From Candidatus Omnitrophota bacterium (GTDB taxonomy: Bacteria; Omnitrophota; Omnitrophia; Omnitrophales; JACQQS01): a stretch of DNA of 64,000 nucleotides. Positions 53,122-61,829 of the stretch are shown piece after piece. The number at the start of each line of letters is the position of its first letter. The first letter of the stretch is position 1. Location of the stretch: contig JACQQS010000037.1 in NCBI GenBank assembly GCA_016206925.1, positions 838 through 64,837 of the forward strand, given 5' to 3'. The translations under genes and the position numbers were made by a program. The notes under the pieces are model-generated. The model did not search any database, was not told where the DNA came from, and saw only the letters and a program-made list of their open reading frames with translations.

Positions 53122-53672
53122 TAGAGAACCTTATTCGCCGGATTGCCCGCGCGTTGGATAATAACAGGATCCCGTACATGATCATTGGTGGGCAAGCCGT
53201 GCTCATTTATGGCACGCCCCGGTTAACTCGTGACATTGATATCACATTGGGAATCGATACGGATCTGTTTGATCAAGTGGAAGGCATCTGTAAAAAGCTG
53301 AAATTGAAAATCTTGTCCGACCACCCCGATCGATTTGCCCGCGAAACAAAAGTGCTTCCTGCCGAAGACACGAAACTTAAAATACGGATCGATTTTGTTT
53401 TTTCGTTTACTCCATATGAGCATCAAGCAATGAAGCGTGTGAGGCGAGTTATCCTCGATCGATATCCGGTTAAATTTGCGTCTCCGGAGGATGTTATCAT
53501 TCATAAAATGATTGCCGGACGGGCTGTCGATCGAGAAGATGTTGAAAATATTCTTGTGAAGATGGATGCGAAACTGAACATGCGGTATGTCCAGAAATGG
53601 CTTCGAGAATTTAACCGGATTCCCGAGCTTAATGGGATCGTAGAACGCTTTCGAGAGTTGAAGATAGAATGA
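53118..53672 (+). CDS. Nucleotidyltransferase-fold protein (DUF6036/MNT-like)
   Basis: IPYMIIGGQAVLIYGTPRLTRDIDITLG fits the GG-x-A...G-x-x-R-x-T-x-D-x-D minimal NTase signature. HKMIAGRAVDREDVENIL is typical of this family's C-terminal half. Confidence 0.6.
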   Translation: MIENLIRRIARALDNNRIPYMIIGGQAVLIYGTPRLTRDIDITLGIDTDLFDQVEGICKKLKLKILSDHPDRFARETKVLPAEDTKLKIRIDFVFSFTPYEHQAMKRVRRVILDRYPVKFASPEDVIIHKMIAGRAVDREDVENILVKMDAKLNMRYVQKWLREFNRIPELNGIVERFRELKIE

Positions 53673-54244
53673 TAGATCCGTTGTATCGATTTCTTCGCGA
53701 CATGAAGCGCGCTGGCCGCGCCGGTGTCACGCTGCCGAATGCGATGGCGCTTGCGACCGCCACGAAGCGCGGCGCGCCTTCGGTTCGAACGATGCTTTTG
53801 AAGAGCGTGCAAAACGGAAATTTCATTTTTTACACGAATCTTGTCAGCCGAAAAGTGGGCGAATTGAAATCAGCCAAACGCGCTTCGATGTGTTTCTGGT
53901 GGCCGCCGCTTAAGGAGCAGGTGCGTATTGAGGGAACGATCAGTCCCGTATCCACGCGCGAGGCCGATGAATATTTCGCAAGCCGTCCGCGGGGAAGTCA
54001 GATTGCGGCCTGGGCATCTCAACAAAGCCGTGTTTTATCTTCGCGAGCCGTCCTGTTTCGTAATGTAAGTCACCTTGAGAAAAAGTTTAAAGGCCGTGCG
54101 GTGCCGCGCCCTCCGTTCTGGTCCGGATTTAAACTAAAGGCCTCAAAGATTGAATTCTGGTTCGACGAACCAAGCCGCCTCCACCGCCGCTATCTTTATG
54201 TTCTCCGTGCCCGCCGATGGCGTGTTAGACAACTTTATCCCTGA
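53669..54244 (+). CDS. pdxH: Pyridoxamine 5'-phosphate oxidase
   Basis: PNAMALATATKRGAPSVRTMLLK, FYTNLVSRKVGEL, QVRIEGT, YFASRPRGSQIAAWAS, EFWFDEPSRLHRR. Confidence 0.9.
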   Translation: MIDPLYRFLRDMKRAGRAGVTLPNAMALATATKRGAPSVRTMLLKSVQNGNFIFYTNLVSRKVGELKSAKRASMCFWWPPLKEQVRIEGTISPVSTREADEYFASRPRGSQIAAWASQQSRVLSSRAVLFRNVSHLEKKFKGRAVPRPPFWSGFKLKASKIEFWFDEPSRLHRRYLYVLRARRWRVRQLYP

Positions 54245-54276
54245 GTCTTTTCAAAACTTTCCGAAGAAAATAATGA

Positions 54277-54316
54277 AAAAGCCTCTTTAGAAAGAAAAAG
54301 AGGCTTTTTAGTTTTT
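54277..54316. terminator. Bidirectional rho-independent terminator
   Basis: AAAAGCCTCTTT (54277..54288), 8-nt loop, AAAGAGGCTTTT (54297..54308), then T-rich run. A-run on the other side serves the convergent minus-strand gene. Confidence 0.7.
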
Positions 54317-54326
54317 GCGGGGCTGG

Positions 54327-54539
54327 TTATTTGTTGCAGGCCGGGCAGGCTTTAATGACTGAAACGATCAGCCCTATTCCGGAAAGTCCGACAAGCGCGT
54401 AGACGATCTTGGCCGGCATGGTCATATCGCCGAGGATCGCCGTCACCAGATTGAAATTGAACAGCGCTACCAAACCCCAGTTCAGCGCTCCAATTCCTGC
54501 AAGGAGTGTCGCAATCTTACAAACGCCGCATTTTTTCAT
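54327..54539 (-). CDS. DUF378 family small membrane protein
   Basis: IGALNWGLVALFNFNLVTAILG...IVYALVGLSGIGLIV matches the DUF378 two-helix pattern. Confidence 0.75.
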   Translation of the reverse strand: MKKCGVCKIATLLAGIGALNWGLVALFNFNLVTAILGDMTMPAKIVYALVGLSGIGLIVSVIKACPACNK

Positions 54540-54628
54540 ATCGCGCCCCTTGGTTTATGGGTTCTTGCCCATACTTTGATTATCGGCAGGCGGGGAATTT
54601 AAAAGAAGTTTCGCTGTAGAAGCTTTTC

Positions 54629-54657
54629 TTGTGATCTAACTTAATTTTATGTATCAT
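54629..54657 (+). promoter_or_regulatory. Putative promoter TTGTGA-17-TATCAT immediately upstream of thyA
   Basis: -35 at 54629..54634 and -10 at 54652..54657. The -10 ends 8 nt before ATG 54666 and no SD is visible, so the thyA mRNA may be leaderless or nearly so. Confidence 0.35.
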
Positions 54658-54665
54658 AACGACTT

Positions 54666-55460
54666 ATGAAACAGTACCTCGACCTTTTAAAACATATTCT
54701 TGACGCCGGCGAAGAAAAAAGAGACCGCACGGGAACCGGCACGATAAGCACGTTCGGTCATCAGATGCGCTTTGATCTGGGCCGGGGTTTTCCGCTTCTC
54801 ACAACGAAAAAAGTCCATCTGAAGTCCGTGATCTACGAGCTTCTCTGGTTTCTTGCCGGCGATACGAACACCAAATATCTAAACGATCACGGCGTGACGA
54901 TCTGGGACGAATGGGCGGATGAACGGGGAGAGCTGGGTCCGGTTTACGGTAAACAGTGGCGCTCCTGGCCGGCGGCTGACGGCCGCACGATAGATCAAAT
55001 GAGCGAAGTGATTCAGCTCATCAAGACAAATCCGGAGAGCCGCCGCTTGATCGTAAGTGCGTGGAATGTCGGCGAAATTGATAAAATGGCTTTGCCGCCC
55101 TGCCACCTTCTTTTTCAATTTTACGTGTCGAACGGTCGGCTGAGCTGCCTGCTTTATCAGCGGAGCGCCGACGTGTTTCTCGGTGTACCGTTTAATATTG
55201 CCTCCTATGCGCTTCTCACCATGATGGTTGCGCAGGTGACGGGTTTTAAACCGGGCGATTTCGTGCATACCTTTGGTGATATCCACATCTATTTGAATCA
55301 TTTGGAGCAGGTGAATCTCCAGCTCAGCCGCGAACCGCGGCCGCTTCCTGCCATGCGTATTAATCCGGGCGTTAAGGATCTTTTCAAATTTACGTTTGAA
55401 GATTTTCAGATCGAAAATTACGATCCGCACCCTCCCATCAAAGCTCCCGTAGCCGTGTAG
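54666..55460 (+). CDS. thyA: Thymidylate synthase
   Basis: [31 protein letters not shown] (catalytic Cys), [21 protein letters not shown]. Confidence 0.97.
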   Translation: MKQYLDLLKHILDAGEEKRDRTGTGTISTFGHQMRFDLGRGFPLLTTKKVHLKSVIYELLWFLAGDTNTKYLNDHGVTIWDEWADERGELGPVYGKQWRSWPAADGRTIDQMSEVIQLIKTNPESRRLIVSAWNVGEIDKMALPPCHLLFQFYVSNGRLSCLLYQRSADVFLGVPFNIASYALLTMMVAQVTGFKPGDFVHTFGDIHIYLNHLEQVNLQLSREPRPLPAMRINPGVKDLFKFTFEDFQIENYDPHPPIKAPVAV

Positions 55461-55466
55461 GACATT

Positions 55467-55979
55467 ATGCTTTATCACGTTGTCGCGATGGCGAAGAACC
55501 GCGTCATCGGAAAAGAAAATAAGCTTCCCTGGCATTTCTCATCGGACTTGAAACATTTCCGCCAGCTGACGACCGGTCAGACGGTTATCATGGGCCGAAA
55601 AACTTTTGAGAGCATCGGCAAACCGCTGCCGAACCGAGAAAACTTCGTCGTATCCCGCTCGCGGGGCGTGGGCGCCGAAGGTCTTCGATTTTTTAACTCA
55701 CCCGAGAAGGCATTTGAAGCGGTCAGGACGGATAGCGCGTACATCATCGGCGGTGCCGATCTTTTCCGGCAAACCATGGAGGGGATAAACGGAATTTATC
55801 TGACGCTGATCGAACAGGCATTCGAAGGCGACGCATTTTATCCGCAGATTCCCGAGTATTTCGAGAAACGTTCAAGTCATTTGCTCCAGGAGAATCCTAT
55901 GATCAGGCTAATTTTTTATGAGAATACGAAAAATAACTTCCTCCGGACGGAAGAGATTAGAAGGGTGGAGAGAAAATGA
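55467..55979 (+). CDS. folA: Dihydrofolate reductase
   Basis: IGKENKLPWHFSSDLKHFRQLTTGQTVIMGRKTFESIG, PLPNRENFVVSR, YIIGGADLF. Confidence 0.9.
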   Translation: MLYHVVAMAKNRVIGKENKLPWHFSSDLKHFRQLTTGQTVIMGRKTFESIGKPLPNRENFVVSRSRGVGAEGLRFFNSPEKAFEAVRTDSAYIIGGADLFRQTMEGINGIYLTLIEQAFEGDAFYPQIPEYFEKRSSHLLQENPMIRLIFYENTKNNFLRTEEIRRVERK

Positions 55980-55999
55980 GGACTTGTGATCTTAATGTC

Positions 56000-56082
56000 G
56001 TCATTGCGAGGGCGCGAAGCGCTCGAAGCAATCTCAGTGCCCGTGGATTGCTTCGTCGGCCTGCTGGCCTTCTCGTAATGAC
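56000..56082. mobile_element. MITE-like palindromic element, subfamily B (copy B3, 83 bp)
   Basis: GTCATTGCGAGG at 56000, inner GAAGCAATCTC / GGATTGCTTCG, degenerate right terminus CTCGTAATGAC at 56072..56082. Confidence 0.75.
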
Positions 56083-56593
56083 CGCGGGTTTACTTGTTAT
56101 TGTTTTCACTTTACCTGCTTCGGCCGGCGCGCCCAAGGATGAAGCTTGGGAGAAATATGTTTCTTCTTACAAGAAACTGCAAGTGGCGTTCCACGATTTG
56201 GTGAGGCTCCATCAGCCCGAACTGGGCGAGGCCATTGATCAGAGTCTCGAACTGGGACTCGCGATGATGGACGAGAGGTCAGAACAGTTTTATCACCTGC
56301 TCAAAAATCAGCCGGAGCGGATCGTCCACGATGCCGGTTTCCGCGCGTTTATCAATTTTGCCTGGCTGCACGAAGACGACGAAGCGCTTCGTGAGAAAAG
56401 CCGAAGCTACAAGAAAATCCAAAAGCGCATTGAAGAGCTCAAAGCGAAGACCGACACAAATGAGCAGTTCCCGAAAATTCAGGAAGAGCTCCGCAGGATG
56501 GAGAACGATCAGCGCTATATGGAAGTCGTCGCCCGCTTCCGTTTTGTGTCGGAAGAGGTGGAAAAGCTGCTTGCTGGACAGCAGGTTTCTTAA
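56078..56593 (+). CDS. Secreted helical hypothetical protein
   Basis: ATG within the MITE right terminus gives MTAGLLVIVFTLPASAGAP signal peptide. ORF track start 55976 reads through the MITE. Confidence 0.5.
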   Translation: MTAGLLVIVFTLPASAGAPKDEAWEKYVSSYKKLQVAFHDLVRLHQPELGEAIDQSLELGLAMMDERSEQFYHLLKNQPERIVHDAGFRAFINFAWLHEDDEALREKSRSYKKIQKRIEELKAKTDTNEQFPKIQEELRRMENDQRYMEVVARFRFVSEEVEKLLAGQQVS

Positions 56594-56665
56594 ACCGATG
56601 GCTAGAGATTAATATTTCGCTAAAATTTTGCTTTGAGGTAGATTGTGAGTATTGGAGGTAATGCG

Positions 56666-56866
56666 ATGAAGGTAACTTATGATATGAAAACCGATACGCT
56701 TAGCGTCATTTTTAGGACGGATACAAAAGTTTCCGAGAGTGATGAAGAAAAGCCGGGTGTTATATTGGATTATGATCAGAAGGGAAATCTTGTGTCTCTC
56801 GAAATTCTGGACACATCAGAACGTGTTACCGAAGCAAGTAAAATTGAATTTCAAGCAAGTGATTAG
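56666..56866 (+). CDS. DUF2283 domain protein
   Basis: GGAGG 6 nt upstream of ATG 56666. MKVTYDMKTDTLSVIF...GVILDYDQKGNLVSLEILD is the DUF2283 pattern. Confidence 0.7.
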   Translation: MKVTYDMKTDTLSVIFRTDTKVSESDEEKPGVILDYDQKGNLVSLEILDTSERVTEASKIEFQASD

Positions 56867-56985
56867 CGATCTTCCTTACCAAATAAATCATGTTTGCCTG
56901 TTTCAATTTGGGCAGATCTAAAGATGCGAGCTGTTCATCCTGAACAGCTTCTTCCGATCTACCCAAATTGAAGCTGCCCATCCAT

Positions 56986-57058
56986 GGGCCTGTAGCTCAG
57001 CTGGGAGAGCGCTACATTCGCATTGTAGAGGTCAGGGGTTCGACTCCCCTCAGGTCCA
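56986..57058 (+). tRNA. tRNA-Ala (anticodon CGC)
   Basis: Cloverleaf folded by hand: acceptor GGGCCTG/CAGGTCC with G3:U70, D-arm GCTC/GAGC, anticodon stem CTACA/TGTAG with loop TTCGCAT, T-arm AGGGG-TTCGACT-CCCCT, discriminator A. CCA is not encoded. Confidence 0.95.
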
Positions 57059-57115
57059 TGGAGGGACAGGTCCGCGAGTAGGTAATTAATTTGGCCAGTC
57101 ACAAATAACAAAACT

Positions 57116-57457
57116 ATGAAGATATTAGATAAATCAATTACGGTTGATGAGTTAAAAAAAATAGCGGTGAATACCTTCGGCGATATGGTCAAAGCTGTTG
57201 CGGACATCGAAAAAAGTTTGCTTGCCATTGACGCGGAATTGCACTCTGATCTGGAGGCGTTGCTTCTCGAAAACGGTTCCAAGCAAAATAATCTGTGGGG
57301 CATAAATTTCTACCCTGATCTTCCGGGGGATGACTTTATCGAGTTTGATTCTGTGATTAACATGCGTCCCTCGCAAGGGAATATGAGCCGCGGAGTGGAT
57401 GATCCGGCGGTTCAAAAAAAAATCACAGCGGTTGTCGACAAGTGGGTGAAAAAATGA
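57116..57457 (+). CDS. DUF5674-like protein
   Basis: 113-aa ORF. DMVKAVADIEKSLLAIDAELHSDLEALLLENGSKQNNLWGINFYP matches my recollection of DUF5674. Confidence 0.55.
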   Translation: MKILDKSITVDELKKIAVNTFGDMVKAVADIEKSLLAIDAELHSDLEALLLENGSKQNNLWGINFYPDLPGDDFIEFDSVINMRPSQGNMSRGVDDPAVQKKITAVVDKWVKK

Positions 57458-57786
57458 GCGTTCAACACAAAGATTTAGCATCGGGACGTTGGGGTGAAAT
57501 GCCGCTTTGCGAGCAATTAGCCAATATTGGGAGTGAGGTCAGCCGGGCGTTGAATTGGCGGAAGAAGGGGAATGAAGAATATTCTAAACAAGCTGTCTTC
57601 AGGGCGTTGGAATTGTTTGATTTGAGTTTAAGTTCTGCCCGGTCTTTCCCCCGCCTTAAAGAGTTTGCTCGTTTGCGAGAAGCGGTTGTTGATTATTTTC
57701 TGGGGACGAACCAATTTTCGTCTTCCGAAACGCTCTGGCGAAAATATTTTGATCCGTTTAACCACCTCGCGCGAAAACAATATTAA
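57454..57786 (+). CDS. Hypothetical helical protein
   Basis: ATGA overlap with upstream stop. MSVQHKDLASGRWGEMPLCEQLANIGSEVSRALNW. No family assigned. Confidence 0.5.
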   Translation: MSVQHKDLASGRWGEMPLCEQLANIGSEVSRALNWRKKGNEEYSKQAVFRALELFDLSLSSARSFPRLKEFARLREAVVDYFLGTNQFSSSETLWRKYFDPFNHLARKQY

Positions 57787-57787
57787 T

Positions 57788-59572
57788 ATGAAGACTGCGG
57801 AAAAATCTATTCCAGCGGTAACGGAAAGATTCTCGATCCAATTTCCCCGCGTGGAACTGGCGCAGGCGGTGCGCGGCACGATCAAGTCTTTGGAAGGGAA
57901 AGATTTCGCGCGAAGGCTTTGGAATAAGGACGGAACGGTCTGGACTGCGGACAAGGCTGTGCAGGCGGGCATTCGGGGCAGGCTGGGCTGGCTGGATGCG
58001 CCGATGGTTTCGAAAGCAGCGGTTCCTGAAATTAAAAATTTTGCCGAAGAGGTTGTCCGTGAAAAATTCGGCTACGTTGTACTCCTCGGAATAGGCGGAA
58101 GCAGTCTTGCGCCGGATGTGTTCAGCAAAGTATTTAAGCGCCCCAAGGGTTATCCGAAGTTAATCGTCCTGGACAGTACCGATCCGGTTGCCGTTAAGGA
58201 AGTTGAGCAATCCGTTGAACTCAACCGAACCCTGTTTATTGTTTCCAGCAAATCCGGATCGACGATTGAGACCGAGTCGTTCTACCTTTATTTTTACGAT
58301 CTCTTAAAACGAAAGCAGGGTGCCGCAGCAGGCAGGCAATTTGTTGCGATTACGGACGCTGGTTCTTCTCTTGAAAAAACAGCCGGGGAGAATGGCTTCC
58401 GGAAAATTTTCCTTACTCCGGAAGATGTCGGCGGCCGTTATTCCGCGCTTACTTATTTCGGACTGGTCCCGGCCGCGCTGATGGGTATTGATATTGAAAA
58501 ACTTCTTGAGCGCGCCGAAATGGCGGTCCTTGAATCCGGAAGCGACGTACCGATTTCAGCGAATCCAGCCATTCTCCTTGGTGCAGCACTTGCCGAGTCA
58601 GCAAAACTGGGTCGCGATAAACTGACGCTTTATTTTCCAAAAGCGCTTGAGCCGTTCGGTGATTGGGTGGAGCAGCTTGTCGCGGAAAGTACAGGCAAAC
58701 AGGGCAAAGGAGTGTTGCCCGTTGTCTGCGAACCCGGAACGCTTTTAAAATTTTACGGCCAAGATCGGTTCTTTGCCTTTACACGCCTGGCACGAGTGAA
58801 AGGCAATCCGCCGCAGAAGAGGCAAAATGATCTGCTCAAGCTCGGCCATCCCGCCGCTCAGATTGTGCTGAAGGACATTTACGATATTGGCGCACTTTTC
58901 TTTTTCTGGGAGATGGTTACGGCCGTAGCCGGAATTTGCCTGGTCATTGATCCTTTTGACGAACCAAATGTTTCGGAGAGCAAGCAGATCACGAAATCGC
59001 TTCTCGCGAGTTTTGCAGAGAAAGGCAGATTAAGAGAAGACACGGATAGTAGCCCGGGCGTCCCGCCCGGGAGTCTGCGGGGCGAGACGCCGCTTGGCCG
59101 AGCGGCGGTCGGCGCGGCGCCCCGCCTACGCGATGGCATGCTTCCTCGTAGTGACAGTCTTAAGGCGCTTCTCGATACGATTAAACCTGGCAACTACATT
59201 GCTTTCATGATTTTTGGACAGCCGTCGGAGCCCGTTAAGAGAATGTTGAATCCGATACGTGCGGCATTGCTTAAGAAAAAGTGCGTGGCATCAACGGTCG
59301 GATTTGGCCCGCGATTCCTGCATTCAACCGGACAACTGCATAAGGGTGGTCCGGCCGGCGGCCTATTCATTCAAATTGTTCATGAATCCGAAACGGACGC
59401 AGCCATTCCGGGAAAGCCGTACTCGTTTGAAGTTTTAAAGCGCGCACAGGCACTTGGCGATTACGAATCACTTAAGAATAAAAGCCGGCGCATCATCCGC
59501 GTTGCGGTACAAGGCGCTTTTGAAACGGGACTTCGAAAATTTTGCAAAATCTTTTTAGAAAGTTTGGCATAG
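57788..59572 (+). CDS. pgi: Glucose-6-phosphate isomerase (type seen in transaldolase/PGI fusions) carrying a 35-codon repeat-derived insertion
   Basis: ATG 57788. [74 protein letters not shown] track start 57665 overlaps the previous gene. Confidence 0.85.
   Translation: MKTAEKSIPAVTERFSIQFPRVELAQAVRGTIKSLEGKDFARRLWNKDGTVWTADKAVQAGIRGRLGWLDAPMVSKAAVPEIKNFAEEVVREKFGYVVLLGIGGSSLAPDVFSKVFKRPKGYPKLIVLDSTDPVAVKEVEQSVELNRTLFIVSSKSGSTIETESFYLYFYDLLKRKQGAAAGRQFVAITDAGSSLEKTAGENGFRKIFLTPEDVGGRYSALTYFGLVPAALMGIDIEKLLERAEMAVLESGSDVPISANPAILLGAALAESAKLGRDKLTLYFPKALEPFGDWVEQLVAESTGKQGKGVLPVVCEPGTLLKFYGQDRFFAFTRLARVKGNPPQKRQNDLLKLGHPAAQIVLKDIYDIGALFFFWEMVTAVAGICLVIDPFDEPNVSESKQITKSLLASFAEKGRLREDTDSSPGVPPGSLRGETPLGRAAVGAAPRLRDGMLPRSDSLKALLDTIKPGNYIAFMIFGQPSEPVKRMLNPIRAALLKKKCVASTVGFGPRFLHSTGQLHKGGPAGGLFIQIVHESETDAAIPGKPYSFEVLKRAQALGDYESLKNKSRRIIRVAVQGAFETGLRKFCKIFLESLA
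59051..59155. repeat. Degenerate subfamily A MITE remnant in frame inside pgi
   Basis: CCCGGGCG-TCC-CGCCCGGG hairpin, GCGGGGCG...CGCCCCGC-CTACG with an expanded loop, degenerate right terminus CTCGTAGTGAC (59145..59155). About 105 nt = 35 codons ([36 protein letters not shown]). Confidence 0.65.
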
Positions 59573-61767
59573 CCGCAATTCTGATTCTTTCGGTAACCGC
59601 TCATTTCGGATGCGGTAAGGCCCCGATTAACCTGGACAAAGAAATGCGCAAAAATCGATTGGCAAAAGAAAAAAGCCCCTACCTCCTGCAGCACGCGGAA
59701 AACCCCGTAGATTGGTATCCGTGGGGCGCGGAAGCGTTTGAGAAGGCGAAGAAAGAGGATAAGCCGATGTTTCTTTCCATCGGATATTCCACCTGCCATT
59801 GGTGCCACGTGATGGAGCATGAATCCTTTGAAAACGAGGATATTGCGAAAGTAATGAATGAAAATTACGTGTCGATCAAGGTGGATCGCGAAGAACGGCC
59901 CGATGTGGATCAAATATACATGCAGGCGGTAATGGCTTTGACCGGCTCGGGAGGCTGGCCGCTTTCCGTTTTTATTACGCCGGAACTTAAGCCGTTTTAC
60001 GGAGGAACATACTTTCCGCCGGATGACCGCTGGGGACGCCCCGGATTCAAGTCCTTGCTTCTCTCCGTTGCGGAAGCTTGGAAATCAAAAAGGCAGGATG
60101 TGATCAGCACCGCAGCCGATCTAACGGAAGTGCTCCGGAATATAAGAAAAGACCGGCCGCAGGGTGAATTGGATCAGCTTGTTTTAAAGAAGGCGTTTGA
60201 ACAGCTCCAGATGAATTTTGACGCGCGGTCCGGAGGATTTGGTTCCGCGCCCAAATTTCCTCGGAGCCATCTCCTGTCGCTCCTTTTCCGGTATTGGAAG
60301 CGGACGAAAGACAATGTAGGGGCGGTTCATGAACCGCCCCTACAGATGGCTGAACAAACGCTGGTCGAAATGGCCAAGGGCGGAATGTACGACCAGATCG
60401 GCGGCGGATTTCACCGATATTCCACCGACGCTAACTGGCGCATTCCGCATTTCGAGAAAATGCTTTACGATCAGGCGCTGCTTGCCCGGACTTATCTGGA
60501 AGCATATCAAATCACGAAGAAGGAAACGTACGCAGCCGTTGCCCGTGAGATATTTGAATACGTGCTGCGTGATCTGACGCATCCGGAAGGCGGCTTTTAT
60601 TCGGCCGAAGATGCGGACAGCCTTCCTCCGGGCGGAACGGAAAAAAGGGAAGGCGCTTTTTATCTTTGGAGCGAATCGGAATTAAAGGAGCTTCTCGAAG
60701 CTGATTCCGCAAAGGCAATCATTTATCAATTCGGCGCTGAGCCGGCTGGAAATGCGCGGAGCGATCCGCAAGGTGAATTTAAGGGGTTGAATACGCTTTA
60801 TCAGGCGCATTCCATTGAAGAGACCGCGCGGTATTTGAATTGGTCCGTTGAGAAAACCAAGAATACTTTAGAGCGGTCCAAGAAGAAACTTTTTGAAACT
60901 CGGCTGAAACGGCCGAGGCCGCATTTGGATGACAAAGTCCTCGTGGATTGGAACGGGCTCATGATTTCAAGTTTTGCATTTGGCGCGCGCGTGTTGAATG
61001 ATGATCGTTATCGCCAAGCGGCAGAACGCGCCGCCGATTTTATTTTGTCGCATTTGGTTGCGAAGAATGAAAGGCTTCTACACCGCTTCCGAGATGGGGA
61101 AGCCGGCATCGACGGTAAGCTTGAAGACTACGCGTTTTTTGTGAACGGGCTTCTCGAATTATATGAAGCTACGTTTGATATGAAGTATCTGCGGGAAGCA
61201 AAACGCTTGACGGATATCACGATCGATTTGTTCTGGGACGCCGAGTCCGCAGGATTTTATATGACGCCGAAGGATGGAGAGGCGCTTATCACTCGACCGA
61301 AAGAATTGTACGATGGCGCCATTCCGTCAGGGAACTCGTTTGCTTTGTTGAATTTGCTGCGCCTCGGCCGGTTGACCATGAACGAAGCTTACGAGAAGTA
61401 CGCGGAAAATATGATAAAAGCGTTCTCCGCGGAAGTTGAATCGGCGCCGACCGCGTATCCCCAATTTCTCTCTGCGTTTGATTTTGCGATGGGCCCGTCG
61501 AAGGAAATTGTCATTGCCGGCGGGACAGATGCGACGGGCGCGATTGAAATGATAAATGAAGTTTTCAGCCGATTCATTCCCAATAAAGTTGTTGCGTTTA
61601 GGCCGCCTTCGGAAAGCGCTGTCCGGGACATTGCTGAATTGATTCCCTTCATTGAAGACCAAAGACCGCTCGACGGAAAAGCAACGGCCTATGTCTGTGA
61701 AAACTATATTTGCAAGCTTCCTACGACAGATATGGAACAATTTGAAGCGTTGTTAGATGGAAAATAA
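59542..61767 (+). CDS. Thioredoxin-domain protein of the DUF255/YyaL (SPATA20-like) family
   Basis: [52 protein letters not shown], then a six-hairpin glycosidase-like domain. N-terminal lipoprotein-like signal [13 protein letters not shown]. Confidence 0.85.
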   Translation: MQNLFRKFGIAAILILSVTAHFGCGKAPINLDKEMRKNRLAKEKSPYLLQHAENPVDWYPWGAEAFEKAKKEDKPMFLSIGYSTCHWCHVMEHESFENEDIAKVMNENYVSIKVDREERPDVDQIYMQAVMALTGSGGWPLSVFITPELKPFYGGTYFPPDDRWGRPGFKSLLLSVAEAWKSKRQDVISTAADLTEVLRNIRKDRPQGELDQLVLKKAFEQLQMNFDARSGGFGSAPKFPRSHLLSLLFRYWKRTKDNVGAVHEPPLQMAEQTLVEMAKGGMYDQIGGGFHRYSTDANWRIPHFEKMLYDQALLARTYLEAYQITKKETYAAVAREIFEYVLRDLTHPEGGFYSAEDADSLPPGGTEKREGAFYLWSESELKELLEADSAKAIIYQFGAEPAGNARSDPQGEFKGLNTLYQAHSIEETARYLNWSVEKTKNTLERSKKKLFETRLKRPRPHLDDKVLVDWNGLMISSFAFGARVLNDDRYRQAAERAADFILSHLVAKNERLLHRFRDGEAGIDGKLEDYAFFVNGLLELYEATFDMKYLREAKRLTDITIDLFWDAESAGFYMTPKDGEALITRPKELYDGAIPSGNSFALLNLLRLGRLTMNEAYEKYAENMIKAFSAEVESAPTAYPQFLSAFDFAMGPSKEIVIAGGTDATGAIEMINEVFSRFIPNKVVAFRPPSESAVRDIAELIPFIEDQRPLDGKATAYVCENYICKLPTTDMEQFEALLDGK

Positions 61768-61774
61768 TTGTGGG

Positions 61775-61811
61775 GGCGGACGCTGTCCGCCTGGGCGCAC
61801 TGCGGTGCGCC
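61775..61811. repeat. Twin GC-rich hairpins resembling the subfamily A core
   Basis: GGCGGAC-GCT-GTCCGCC (61775..61791) and GGCGCAC-TGCG-GTGCGCC (61794..61811) followed by TCTAC, in the gap before nadE. Confidence 0.5.
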
Positions 61812-61829
61812 TCTACAACACGAATCATA

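Noticed and set aside
54879-55535. 218-aa minus-strand ORF
   Set aside because: It is antisense to thyA and the folA start, both with canonical motifs.
56594-57115. Integrated element at tRNA-Ala
   Set aside because: tRNA genes are common integration sites, so I looked for an integrase, a direct repeat of the tRNA 3' end, or phage genes on either side. I found only small DUF genes (DUF2283, DUF5674-like) and no tRNA-end duplication.
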